Below, piece by piece: positions 1 to 8,380 of a DNA stretch of 64,000 bases. The stretch comes from a virus (Duplodnaviria > Heunggongvirae > Uroviricota > Caudoviricetes). The stretch lies in IMG/VR virus record IMGVR_UViG_3300043119_000443; one strand, 5' to 3'. Position 1 is the stretch's first letter. Each line of letters opens with the position of its first letter. A program made the position numbers and the translations under genes. The notes beneath the pieces are model-generated. The model was not told the origin of the DNA. It saw only the letters and a list, made by a program, of their open reading frames with translations, and did no database searches.

Positions 1-91
1 TCCCGCCCCGCCTACCATTACCGCATTCGGTAATAACATGGCCCGGATACCCGCATCCGTACCCGATTTTACCCAAAGCGTAAAATAGTCC

Positions 92-120
92 TTGACGATG
101 TGGCACGACCCCTGCATAAC
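92..120 (+). promoter_or_regulatory. possible sigma70-like promoter (TTGACG-N17-CATAAC) ahead of first early gene
   Basis: TTGACG at 92-97, 17-nt spacer, CATAAC at 115-120, about 35 nt upstream of ATG 156; -10 is weak. Confidence 0.2.
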
Positions 121-155
121 CGGGTCAGGACCAAACAACAGCAAGGACTGACCAA

Positions 156-455
156 ATGAAGATCGAAGGTTTCGAGAAGCCCAAGCGCTCCGGTATCGGG
201 CGCTCCGGCTCGGACATCTATGGCCTGCGTGCAATGGCCGTGGGTGAGAGCGCTTTCCATGGCGCGCGTGTCACCGATGACATCAGCGGCGAGATGGAGA
301 CGGTGATCAAGACGGCGCGTCGCCTGTCCAACGCGATCGCGTTCGTGCAGAAGTCGAAGGGCATGAAGTTCTCGACGAGCACGGTCCGCGGCGACACCAC
401 ATATGGCAACTGGACTGCGCCGTCGGATGGCGTGGTCGTGACGCGGACGGCCTGA
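156..455 (+). CDS. hypothetical protein (99 aa)
   Basis: ORF with ATG start, abuts next gene; no recognisable motif. Confidence 0.4.
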   Translation: MKIEGFEKPKRSGIGRSGSDIYGLRAMAVGESAFHGARVTDDISGEMETVIKTARRLSNAIAFVQKSKGMKFSTSTVRGDTTYGNWTAPSDGVVVTRTA

Positions 456-457
456 TC

Positions 458-1006
458 ATGGTCAAGGTCGTACACGTCAAGAAGTCGCGCGGCCCCGTTC
501 CGCAACTCGATCTCCCCGCCGGAAGCTCCTACTACCACTGGAGCCTGATGTCTGGCGGGCGCGGCGTAAAGCGTTTCAGCAAGACGCCGCCGCGGCGATC
601 GCAGCTCACCAATTCCGAATTCAAGGCGGCGCTCTACGATATCGAGGACGCGCTGGAAGCCTTGTCGGACGCGGATGATCTGGACGGCATCATTGAAGAC
701 ATCCGTCAGCTCGGCTCCGAACAGGAAGAGAAGCACCAGAACCTCCCGGACAATCTCCAATACTCCGGCACGGGCGAGCTTCTTGAAGGCCGCGCTCAAG
801 CCTGCGAAGAGTGGGCGAGCGAGCTGGAGCAAGTCGAGAAGCCCGAAGAAGTCTCGGACAGCGATGTCGATGACTACATCTCGGACAACTACGAGGAAGA
901 CGAGGTCCAGCACGCGAACCGTGAAGAGATCATCGGCCTCTTGGAAGGTGAACGCTTCGACGAGTTCAAGGAAGCTGTCTCCAACTGCCAGTACGGCGGC
1001 GAGTGA
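458..1006 (+). CDS. highly acidic hypothetical protein (182 aa), candidate DNA-mimic/anti-restriction-like
   Basis: Asp/Glu-rich C-terminal half (SDSDVDDYISDNYEEDEVQ...), early-region position; function inferred only from composition. Confidence 0.45.
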   Translation: MVKVVHVKKSRGPVPQLDLPAGSSYYHWSLMSGGRGVKRFSKTPPRRSQLTNSEFKAALYDIEDALEALSDADDLDGIIEDIRQLGSEQEEKHQNLPDNLQYSGTGELLEGRAQACEEWASELEQVEKPEEVSDSDVDDYISDNYEEDEVQHANREEIIGLLEGERFDEFKEAVSNCQYGGE

Positions 1007-1185
1007 TGATACAGCTCACCATCGACACCCCGCGCTTCAAGTACGAAGTGCAGGTAAAGGAATGGCCGAATACGACCGAGTTCGGCGAACGCATGGTCCG
1101 CATCCAGTACAAGGTCGGCGACAACGTGGTGATCAAGTACCTGTCCACCGACGGGCTCGACATCGACATGCGGCGAGTTGCGTGA
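1003..1185 (+). CDS. small hypothetical protein (60 aa)
   Basis: ORF overlapping neighbours by 4 nt at both ends (ATGA / TGATG). Confidence 0.35.
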   Translation: MMIQLTIDTPRFKYEVQVKEWPNTTEFGERMVRIQYKVGDNVVIKYLSTDGLDIDMRRVA

Positions 1186-1577
1186 TGGCAGCATACCACT
1201 ACATGACGGAGGCACAGCGGCGCGAGATGTTGGCCGCTCGTGTCAAAGCAGCACGCGAGGCGATCGAGAACGGCATGAAGTTGTACGACTTCGCTGCCGA
1301 ACTCGGCGTCGCGCCCGGCGGGCTCCAGCGCTATTTCGAGCGCAACGGGCACAAGGCCATAGTGGAAGGGTTCAAGCACAACCCGAAGCACAACACGATC
1401 AAGGGCGAGGAAGCCGTCCGGCGGCTAACGATCATCATTGAGGAACAGGCCAAGGGGGATAAGTTCTTTTCTCGCTCCGCGAAACGCCTCGGCATGTCGC
1501 GTCAAGGGGTCAATGGTTGGCTCCGTCGCATCGCGCCCGATGGCGCGCACAACGCTCTTATGGATTTTGCAGAATGA
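1185..1577 (+). CDS. putative HTH DNA-binding protein (130 aa)
   Basis: In-frame tail of ORF 675..1577 starting at ATG 1185 (TGATG coupling to upstream stop); HTH-like segment SAKRLGMSRQGVNGWLRRI. Confidence 0.45.
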   Translation: MAAYHYMTEAQRREMLAARVKAAREAIENGMKLYDFAAELGVAPGGLQRYFERNGHKAIVEGFKHNPKHNTIKGEEAVRRLTIIIEEQAKGDKFFSRSAKRLGMSRQGVNGWLRRIAPDGAHNALMDFAE

Positions 1578-1765
1578 TCAGTCGAGAAGACATCCGCGCG
1601 TTCTTGGCCTCCGGCATGTACGGCGGTCCGCCGATCCACGAATCTCACCCTGACGCGATCTGCGTGGCGGTGAACCCTCATGACTACGAGTGCCCGGCGT
1701 GCAAGGCGCGTGGCACAGCACTTGCACTCCCTTGCTCATCAACTCAGCACAAGGAACCAAAATGA
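1574..1765 (+). CDS. small Cys-containing protein (63 aa)
   Basis: ATGA-coupled start at 1574; CPAC motif (DYECPACKARG). Confidence 0.3.
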   Translation: MISREDIRAFLASGMYGGPPIHESHPDAICVAVNPHDYECPACKARGTALALPCSSTQHKEPK

Positions 1766-2661
1766 CCTACGAAGAACAACAAAAAGAAGAACGTGCCGAA
1801 TCAATGAAGCTCGCCAAGACCATCGCCAAAGTCGTCTTTGGAGTGCTCGGTCTTCTCACTCTCACCGTCGCCGGATGCACATCCTTCTACACCGTCGGCG
1901 AAGGCGAACGCGCTGTCCACACTCGCACCGGCGCGCTCGTCGGCATCACCAAGCCCGGCCTGAACTTCAAGGTGCCCTTCATCGACGACGTTCGCATGAT
2001 GGACGTGCGCGAGCAACCGATCCAGTGGGCCAACACGGAAGACGGCGACAGTCGCATGAACTCCTACTCGCGCGACCAACAGCCCGCGGAGATCGCCATC
2101 AACGTGGCGTGGTCCATCCCCTCCGACGACGCGACGATCTCGGACATCTACCAGACCTACGGATCGCGCGAGCGCTTCCGCACAACGGTCATCGTCCCCA
2201 AGACGGTCGAGGCGGTCAAGAACGTGTTCGGCGGCTACGACGCGGTGACGGTCATCCAGCAACGGTCGAAGTTCAACGCGGATGTCCGCGTCGCTCTCGA
2301 CGCGCTGCTGAAGGGCTACCCCGTCATGATCAGCGCCGTGCAGGTTCAGGACATCTCGTTCTCTGACGCCTACGAGAACGCGGTCGAGGCTCGCATGATG
2401 GCACAGGTCGAAGTGCAGAAGCGCGAGCAACAGAAGCAGACCGCACAGATCGACGCCGACATGCTCGTCATCCGCGCCGAAGCTGACGCCAAGCAGACCC
2501 GCCTCCGCGGCGACGCTGAAGCGGCGGCGATCCGGGCTCGCTCGGAAGCTATCGCCTCGTCGCCCAAACTCGTCGAGCTGACGCTCGCTGAGAAGTGGGA
2601 CGGCAAACTGCCCACGACGATGGTGCCGGGCCAAGCTGTGCCCTTCATCAACGTCAAGTAG
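1762..2661 (+). CDS. SPFH/band-7 (prohibitin/HflK-like) membrane protein
   Basis: N-terminal TM helix (VVFGVLGLLTLTVAGC) followed by SPFH-type core (TRTGALVGITKPGLNFKVPFIDDVRMMDVREQ...), C-terminal coiled-coil (QKREQQKQTAQIDADMLVIRAEADAKQ). Confidence 0.75.
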   Translation: MTYEEQQKEERAESMKLAKTIAKVVFGVLGLLTLTVAGCTSFYTVGEGERAVHTRTGALVGITKPGLNFKVPFIDDVRMMDVREQPIQWANTEDGDSRMNSYSRDQQPAEIAINVAWSIPSDDATISDIYQTYGSRERFRTTVIVPKTVEAVKNVFGGYDAVTVIQQRSKFNADVRVALDALLKGYPVMISAVQVQDISFSDAYENAVEARMMAQVEVQKREQQKQTAQIDADMLVIRAEADAKQTRLRGDAEAAAIRARSEAIASSPKLVELTLAEKWDGKLPTTMVPGQAVPFINVK

Positions 2662-2703
2662 GTCGAACCTCCGTCGCGTTATAGCGGCGGTCAGTAGAGA
2701 GCG

Positions 2704-2740
2704 GAGGCCCGTCAGCAATGGCGGGCCTCTTGCCATTTAG
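2704..2740 (+). terminator. candidate rho-independent terminator after SPFH gene
   Basis: 8-bp GC stem GAGGCCCG / CGGGCCTC (2704-2711 / 2722-2729), 10-nt loop, then TTGCCATTT. Confidence 0.35.
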
Positions 2741-2755
2741 TAGGAGGAACATTTC

Positions 2756-3178
2756 ATGCCGACAGCATCACCTGAAGTTCGCAAACCGTGGCACGACAAG
2801 CGCAGGCTCGTGCATATCGCCAAGGAAGCCCGTGACGGCATTCCCAACTTCTTCGGTTGGGCGCTCGTGCCGAACGGCGACGGCGCGGCGATGGACTACC
2901 TGCTGAAGCGCGGCTACATCGATCACCGCTACACGTGGTATCGCCCCAAGGCCTCGCTCCTGATCGCGGAGCCGGAGAAGTGGACGCCTACGGAGAAGGA
3001 AACGTCGGCGCTGCGGTATCTCTCGGAAGAGTGGGACCAGAGCTACGATCTGCGCGGGCACCGCGCGATCCTCGCCGAAGAGCGCAAGCGGGTCATCGAC
3101 GCTATGCCGATGTCCCAGAGGGAAGTCGATAGCTGGCTTGTCCGGTACACGACCATGGTCCGGGTGTTCCTCCAGTGA
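2756..3178 (+). CDS. hypothetical protein (140 aa)
   Basis: Strong RBS AGGAGG at 2743-2748 then ATG 2756. Confidence 0.5.
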   Translation: MPTASPEVRKPWHDKRRLVHIAKEARDGIPNFFGWALVPNGDGAAMDYLLKRGYIDHRYTWYRPKASLLIAEPEKWTPTEKETSALRYLSEEWDQSYDLRGHRAILAEERKRVIDAMPMSQREVDSWLVRYTTMVRVFLQ

Positions 3179-3242
3179 TCCCACGTTGGGCTAAGGTTCT
3201 GTTTTGGGCGCTGATGGTAGGCGCGCTGATTATGGGTGCGTG

Positions 3243-3596
3243 ATGACTGTCTGGTATCGGGCCGTTGAGAAGAAACACTACGACTGGGTCAACATTTCCG
3301 GCGACGAGGAAAGCACTCCGTTGTTCCGCGAGGCGACGGTTGAATTGGTCGAGTACGAGGTGATCAAGGTCACGCCCCAAGGGGTGAAGATCGCGGACCC
3401 TCTGCACTGGCGCGGCTATCGCTTTGTGCTGAAGGACGCGCGCAAGCGCTTCGCCTGTTCGACCAAGCACGAGGCCATTGAAAGCTTCCGCGCCCGCAAA
3501 CTTCGGCAACTCTCCATCTTGCGTTCGCAGGCGCGTGTGGTAGAAAGTGCTATGCGATCGCTCGACAAGAAACCCGCGGGAGACTTATTCTCATGA
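3243..3596 (+). CDS. hypothetical protein (117 aa; alternative start 3204)
   Basis: ORF 3204..3596; internal ATG 3243 (MTVWYRAVEKK...) preferred, start uncertain. Confidence 0.4.
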   Translation: MTVWYRAVEKKHYDWVNISGDEESTPLFREATVELVEYEVIKVTPQGVKIADPLHWRGYRFVLKDARKRFACSTKHEAIESFRARKLRQLSILRSQARVVESAMRSLDKKPAGDLFS

Positions 3597-3697
3597 AGAA
3601 AGACGACTACGTGCAGGAAGGCCTCGCCTTCATAGCCATAATGATTATGGCCGTCGCCATGCTCTTCGCCGGATTGTTCATCGGGCTTGCCGTATGA
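3593..3697 (+). CDS. small hydrophobic peptide (34 aa)
   Basis: MKKDDYVQEGLAFIAIMIMAVAMLFAGLFIGLAV; ATGA-coupled at both ends (3593 and 3694). Confidence 0.3.
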   Translation: MKKDDYVQEGLAFIAIMIMAVAMLFAGLFIGLAV

Positions 3698-4542
3698 TCA
3701 AGGCTCACAACTTCAACGTCGTTCGCCCGCTCCCCAAGCGCATTCGCATCGGCGTTCCGCCCGGCGTCGGCGACACCTATTGGGCTCTCTGCAAGCTTGA
3801 GAGCTTCAGGGAGAGGCACGGAATCGAGCACGTGACGTTGTGCGTCAAGAAGGCGGAACTGAAGCGTGCGCTCGCGTGGCCCTCTATGGTGGACTGCGTA
3901 GACGCTGCGGAAGAGTTCGAGTTCGGCACGAACCCCGGCATCCGCGAGACAGGCTTCTCCTGCCGCAAGCCCGGCGTCGATGTCGTGATGTGGCCCAACG
4001 CGGTGATAGATCGCGGCGAACATCTGCGCAACTGGATGCCGGAGTACGAGCTGAACCTCGATATCGAGATCAAGACCCCGCCGATCTGGTCCAAGTTTAT
4101 GAATCGTCACGTGATCTACGCCAGCTCCGAAGGCGTGAACCGCGAGTGGTTTCCGGACCGCGGCCCCGGCTTCTGGCGTCACCTGATCAACGAGATCGCG
4201 GACCAGACGGGCGAACGTCCGCTGCTGATCGGCGCTGGATGGGACAAGGATTTCTTCCGCGCGATCGAGCCGGTCGAGGCGGATAGCCTGATCAGCGAGA
4301 CGACGCTCCCGGAAGTCGCGGGCTTGATCAAACACGCGAAGTCGCTTACAGGAATGATCTCCGGCATGACGATCCTCGGGAACCATTTCCGCACACCCAC
4401 TGTCGCGATATACCCGGATCGCTTCATGCCGGGGTTCCTCACATCATGGATCAAACCCGACACGCCCTACGTGCCGCTGATGGCGTCGCTAGTTCCGGCG
4501 TCGAAAGTCGTGGCCCGCATCACAAAAGATTTGGCAGGATGA
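3694..4542 (+). CDS. glycosyltransferase family 9-like (heptosyltransferase-like) protein
   Basis: N-terminal IRIGVPPGVGDTYWALCKL resembles the GT9 GDxxxxxP motif; C-terminal MISGMTILGNHFRTPTVAIY resembles GT9 G-D-S-G-x-x-H-L-A...P...L-F-G block. Confidence 0.55.
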   Translation: MIKAHNFNVVRPLPKRIRIGVPPGVGDTYWALCKLESFRERHGIEHVTLCVKKAELKRALAWPSMVDCVDAAEEFEFGTNPGIRETGFSCRKPGVDVVMWPNAVIDRGEHLRNWMPEYELNLDIEIKTPPIWSKFMNRHVIYASSEGVNREWFPDRGPGFWRHLINEIADQTGERPLLIGAGWDKDFFRAIEPVEADSLISETTLPEVAGLIKHAKSLTGMISGMTILGNHFRTPTVAIYPDRFMPGFLTSWIKPDTPYVPLMASLVPASKVVARITKDLAG

Positions 4543-4709
4543 AGAAGTTCAAGTATAACGGCGTGCGGGAGCTTGACTTCGAACGAGCCGCAGGCGAGTT
4601 CGAAGTCGAAGAAAGCGAGATACCTCCGTCGTGCCAGCGGGAACGAAGTTACCGCTGGCAAGACGATCCACGCCGTTACGACCCTCCGAAGGAAAAGAGA
4701 CGCAGATGA
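4539..4709 (+). CDS. small hypothetical protein (56 aa)
   Basis: ATGA-coupled ORF MKKFKYNGVRELDFERAAGEFEVEESEIPP... Confidence 0.3.
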   Translation: MKKFKYNGVRELDFERAAGEFEVEESEIPPSCQRERSYRWQDDPRRYDPPKEKRRR

Positions 4710-5134
4710 AACTGGAAGTCGGCAAGGTCTACCTGATGAACAATGGCGAGCGAGTCGCCATCGAACAGGCTGTGACAGTCAGCGGTCAGACGTGGTTCTA
4801 TCGCGGCGTCACGCAGCGCGGCAAGTCCATCTCGTACGATGCGAACGGCGTCGGCCAATTCATCCTCGGCGAGCGCCCCCTGTTCAACATCAAAGAACTG
4901 GCCGGGATGGAGAAGGACGAGTTCAAGGCTTTCCACAAGGGATCGCTCTGGGTCACGCACGGCGGTCGCGTCTGGGAAGTGCTGACGGTCTATACGACTG
5001 TGCCGGACGATTTCCCGGTGATCGCGAATGAGGTGTTGCCAGATGGCACGCTTCATGCAAATATCAAACGGTTCAACTGGGACGGCAAACCGCACGACGG
5101 ATCGTCCACTGTCTTGGTGAGGAATTGCACATGA
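4706..5134 (+). CDS. hypothetical protein (142 aa)
   Basis: ATG 4706 preceded by AAGGAAAAGAGA; ATGA-coupled. Confidence 0.5.
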   Translation: MKLEVGKVYLMNNGERVAIEQAVTVSGQTWFYRGVTQRGKSISYDANGVGQFILGERPLFNIKELAGMEKDEFKAFHKGSLWVTHGGRVWEVLTVYTTVPDDFPVIANEVLPDGTLHANIKRFNWDGKPHDGSSTVLVRNCT

Positions 5135-5259
5135 CGGACGGTATCATCAAAGTTATGGTGTTGATCACCATGTTCGCGTTTATGATATGGGCGACGTTGT
5201 CGTCCGTGTCGTGCGCGATCGGCGCTGGCGTGGAGCTGGTCGAGAAGGTCAGCACGTGA
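5131..5259 (+). CDS. small membrane peptide (42 aa)
   Basis: MTDGIIKVMVLITMFAFMIWATLSSVSCAIGAGVELVEKVST; ATGA overlap with upstream gene. Confidence 0.3.
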   Translation: MTDGIIKVMVLITMFAFMIWATLSSVSCAIGAGVELVEKVST

Positions 5260-5414
5260 TATTCCAGAAAGAAGACAGCACGCTTGTTCGGGTTCTCATC
5301 ATGACCCCGGCGCTGATAGTCACTCTGGTGATGATCTTACTACTTCTGCCCCCAGAGCGTACGGCGACGCGTCAAGATGAAGTTCAACAGCCGGTAAAGG
5401 CCGCGCCAAGATGA
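5256..5414 (+). CDS. small membrane peptide (52 aa, GTG start)
   Basis: GTGA overlap with upstream stop; hydrophobic stretch LIMTPALIVTLVMILLLLPP; ends in ATGA with next gene. Confidence 0.25.
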   Translation: MIFQKEDSTLVRVLIMTPALIVTLVMILLLLPPERTATRQDEVQQPVKAAPR

Positions 5415-5899
5415 CACGGTTCGAGCTTCGGGATGAAGTTCTGAAGGCGATCTTCTGGATAAGGGCGGTCCAGCTCAAATGCTATCCACGTCGGAATCAT
5501 CTGGTCGCCCCGCCTCTCCGCACGCTCAACCAGTTAGCGGAGTTGGGCATCGCGAAGGTGTTCCGTCCGAGATACACGCGCGCGGGCGAAGTGTGGTCCC
5601 TTACGCGACAGGGCCTCGATCTGATCAACGAGATCATGACCTATGAGGAAGAGAACCCGCGCTACAGCACTGAAGAAGGGCCTTCCGCTCTACTTCACCG
5701 GGGTAACTTGCTCACGTGGTCACATCGCACAGCGGTACACGAGATCGAAAACCTGCGTCGAATGCGACAGGGAAACGAAGAGCGCGCGGCCAAGAGGGCG
5801 GGCCGCACAGGATGCCATGAAACGCGCCTCCGGGCGCAACCGCGCCCCAAGGTGGCTATCTGCGTCGATGGTTGCGGAGATCGAAAGCGTATACGCTAA
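5411..5899 (+). CDS. putative winged-helix DNA-binding protein; 3' extent uncertain
   Basis: First ~85 aa protein-like (...RTLNQLAELGIAKVFRPRYTRAGEVWSLTRQGLDLINEI); no in-frame stop until 5899, downstream part is Arg-rich and overlaps the HNH gene out of frame. Confidence 0.4.
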   Translation: MTRFELRDEVLKAIFWIRAVQLKCYPRRNHLVAPPLRTLNQLAELGIAKVFRPRYTRAGEVWSLTRQGLDLINEIMTYEEENPRYSTEEGPSALLHRGNLLTWSHRTAVHEIENLRRMRQGNEERAAKRAGRTGCHETRLRAQPRPKVAICVDGCGDRKRIR

Positions 5900-6119
5900 T
5901 GCAGCTTACCTCACCAGAGAAACGGGCGAGCTTCATCGCGTCGATCATATCATCCCTCTTAATGGGGTGGACTGTTCGGGCCTGCATGTCCCTTGGAACC
6001 TCCAGATACTTACTGAGGTTGACAACGTCGCCAAGAGCAATCGCTATCGCCAAGAAGACGCGCTGGCACGTCCATTGCAATGTCTGATGGACATTCCCTT
6101 TCCGGAGCACGGCCCATGA
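5643..6119 (+). CDS. HNH endonuclease with N-terminal zinc-finger-like module
   Basis: YFTGVTCSRGHIAQRYTRSKTCVECD N-terminus; HNH core GELHRVDHIIPLNGVDCSGLHVPWNLQILTEVDNVAKSNRY; in-frame TGA (5637-5639) immediately upstream fixes the start. Confidence 0.8.
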   Translation: MRKRTRATALKKGLPLYFTGVTCSRGHIAQRYTRSKTCVECDRETKSARPRGRAAQDAMKRASGRNRAPRWLSASMVAEIESVYANAAYLTRETGELHRVDHIIPLNGVDCSGLHVPWNLQILTEVDNVAKSNRYRQEDALARPLQCLMDIPFPEHGP

Positions 6120-6517
6120 AAGTCTATGTCCCCGCTGGCATGATCAAGTACGTCCACGTCTATGAGCCGCACGGCTACATCGACGACGGCAGGAAAGACT
6201 TCATGGTCTGCATCGACGCGGAGTACATGAAGGGCTTCTCGGAGCTGAACGATTATTTCGCCAAGACGCCCCACCTCGCGGGCAAGACCGTCGTGAAGAT
6301 CAGCTCGCGCAAGCGTCCCGAAGTGAAGGCGAAGGACATCGACTTGCTGATGTACGAGCTGGACTGTCGCGTCGCCCGCAACGTCGGCAAGGACGACCTG
6401 TTTCGCGAGAAGCCGGTTATCGTCGAGTTCGAGATGAAAGAGATCAGCCCCAACATGGCCGGGTACAAGGGCTTCTATCTCGCCCTCGTCAGCGTCGAGG
6501 TGTTCTTCAATGACTAA
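6116..6517 (+). CDS. hypothetical protein (133 aa)
   Basis: ATGA-coupled to HNH gene; no confident motif. Confidence 0.45.
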   Translation: MKVYVPAGMIKYVHVYEPHGYIDDGRKDFMVCIDAEYMKGFSELNDYFAKTPHLAGKTVVKISSRKRPEVKAKDIDLLMYELDCRVARNVGKDDLFREKPVIVEFEMKEISPNMAGYKGFYLALVSVEVFFND

Positions 6518-7436
6518 GCTTTTCATCCGCGCCATGGTAGGGATTGGCGACAATCTCTACGCGCGCCCGTTCATCAAGGACTTGGCGCTGCACCATCAGG
6601 TTTCGCTGATGACAGGCTTCCCGCAGTTGTTCGGGGACATCCGTGGCATCCGTCTCGTGCGCGCCCAGACATCGCTGCCCTATGTGAAGAAGAACATCCG
6701 CGACTGGGGTGTTGACAACGACTGGCGCGGCGCTCCGCGCGAGAAGCCTGATGACGAGCACCAAATGGAGCCCGTCTTCATGGCGTACGACCCGAACGAT
6801 CCGGCCAATGTCACAGAACAGATCGAACGGGCTTTCCCGATTCGGCACCTGTACCAATTCGATCTGCCGCCCCCGGACTTCCGCGGCATCAACTCGTACC
6901 TGACGACGCTGTTCCAGACACGCAAGAAGTACGTCGTCATTCGCCCTGTCGTGGTCCGTGAGGGCTTCGGAACGTCGGCGCGTAACTGTAAGGCCAAGTA
7001 CGTCCACGAGGCTGTAGAGACGTTGAAGTCACACGGTATCCTCACGATCAGCGTGGCCCGCATCGGCGACGGTGAGACGGGGGAGGCTCCGCTCCCAGAA
7101 TGCGACATCAGCTACATGGACGGGGTGCTCAGTTTCCCGGAGATGATCGAACTGGTCCGCCATTCGGCTGGCGTCGTATCTGGCCCCGGCTTCGCTATGC
7201 CTATGGCCGTGGCGGCGAAACGTCCGCTGCTGGCGATCTGGGGCGCGCGGGGAAGGCTCGACAACCCGGAGCGTATCTTCGACCGGCGCATGGACCTTTC
7301 GCAAGTCGTCAATTCCATACCAGATAATTTCTGTAGGCACTCGACAGGGGAGTGCGCTTGCGATAAGACCATTTCCCGCTTCGGCTCGGACCTGATGAAA
7401 TTCGTGAACAAGGTACACCATGCTCTCCCCGTCTGA
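6510..7436 (+). CDS. glycosyltransferase family 9-like protein (second copy, divergent)
   Basis: MVGIGDNLYARPFIKDL (GDxxxxxP-like) and VVSGPGFAMPMAVAAKRPLLAIWG (GT9 C-terminal block-like). Confidence 0.55.
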   Translation: MTKLFIRAMVGIGDNLYARPFIKDLALHHQVSLMTGFPQLFGDIRGIRLVRAQTSLPYVKKNIRDWGVDNDWRGAPREKPDDEHQMEPVFMAYDPNDPANVTEQIERAFPIRHLYQFDLPPPDFRGINSYLTTLFQTRKKYVVIRPVVVREGFGTSARNCKAKYVHEAVETLKSHGILTISVARIGDGETGEAPLPECDISYMDGVLSFPEMIELVRHSAGVVSGPGFAMPMAVAAKRPLLAIWGARGRLDNPERIFDRRMDLSQVVNSIPDNFCRHSTGECACDKTISRFGSDLMKFVNKVHHALPV

Positions 7437-8091
7437 TCTTCTCTCTTGGAATGCTGAACTCGGCTACGGCTTCTACCCGGTTGATCAAGCCGAGTGGCCC
7501 TACGATGAGGCCTACCGCGCCAAGTACGCGGAGATGGCGGTGACGCCGATGGCGAAGCGCCTGAACATGCATCGCGTGTCGCTGGCCCTGTACGCCGCGA
7601 GCCGGGTCAGCCAAGAGGGCAAGGCGTCCACATACATCGACATCGGCCCCGGCGACGGCGCGTTCATGCGTGAGCTGTCGCGCGGTCTTCCCAAGGGTGA
7701 GGACATGGTGTTCGGGTTCGATGTCAATCCGGCCATGGTCGAACGCCTGAAGGAACAATTCCGATTTGCCAAGCCGTCCATGCCAGACATCGGCGGTAAG
7801 CCGTGGCGGTGGAGCGTGATGACGTTCTGGGACAGCTTCGAACACATCCATCGTCCGGACAAGACGATCGTGGACGCGGACAGCGTCGTGATGTCGATCC
7901 CGATCTTCCGCAACAAGGCGCACGTGCTGGAGAGCAAGCACTTCCGGCCCGACGAACACGTCTGGTACTTCACGCACGAAGGCATCGTTGCCTTCATGCA
8001 GAAGTGCGGGTTCCGCCTCATGGTGTGGGACCAAGTCGAGACAACCATCGGGCGCGAGGATATCCGCTCCTACGTCTTCTTGCGCGACTAA
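7420..8091 (+). CDS. class I SAM-dependent methyltransferase
   Basis: Motif I YIDIGPGDGAFMREL; downstream GFDVNPAMVERL and FWDSFEHIH typical of Rossmann-fold methyltransferases. Confidence 0.7.
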   Translation: MLSPSDLLSWNAELGYGFYPVDQAEWPYDEAYRAKYAEMAVTPMAKRLNMHRVSLALYAASRVSQEGKASTYIDIGPGDGAFMRELSRGLPKGEDMVFGFDVNPAMVERLKEQFRFAKPSMPDIGGKPWRWSVMTFWDSFEHIHRPDKTIVDADSVVMSIPIFRNKAHVLESKHFRPDEHVWYFTHEGIVAFMQKCGFRLMVWDQVETTIGREDIRSYVFLRD

Positions 8092-8170
8092 TCGTTAGGA
8101 AAGATTAAAGACGATGTTGACACCCATGATACTGTCTGGCACCTTCATCCCATGCAAATGGGAGGATAAA

Positions 8171-8380
8171 ATGAAGAAGCTCGAACTCAGCGATATCAAG
8201 CCCGGCACGTGGCTGGTCAACGGCGACGCCACTCCGCGGTATCGGCTGATCTGTTCGTGTGGCGAGCCCCGCAAGCTGTCGGCTGTTTCGGACACGGGGT
8301 ACATGATGTACGGCCCGACTTCGGCGGATGACCTGTTCGACTTCTATGCCAACGACGGCTGGCGCGTGGTTGAGCGCTGA
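8171..8380 (+). CDS. hypothetical protein (69 aa)
   Basis: Strong RBS GGGAGG at 8158-8163 before ATG 8171; longer ORF from 8114 lacks an RBS. Confidence 0.45.
   Translation: MKKLELSDIKPGTWLVNGDATPRYRLICSCGEPRKLSAVSDTGYMMYGPTSADDLFDFYANDGWRVVER

Noticed and set aside
675-1577. 300-aa ORF spanning several early genes
   Set aside because: Only its last 130 aa (from ATG 1185) look protein-like and coupled to neighbours. The upstream 170 aa are Ser/Arg/Thr-rich and overlap better ORFs in other frames
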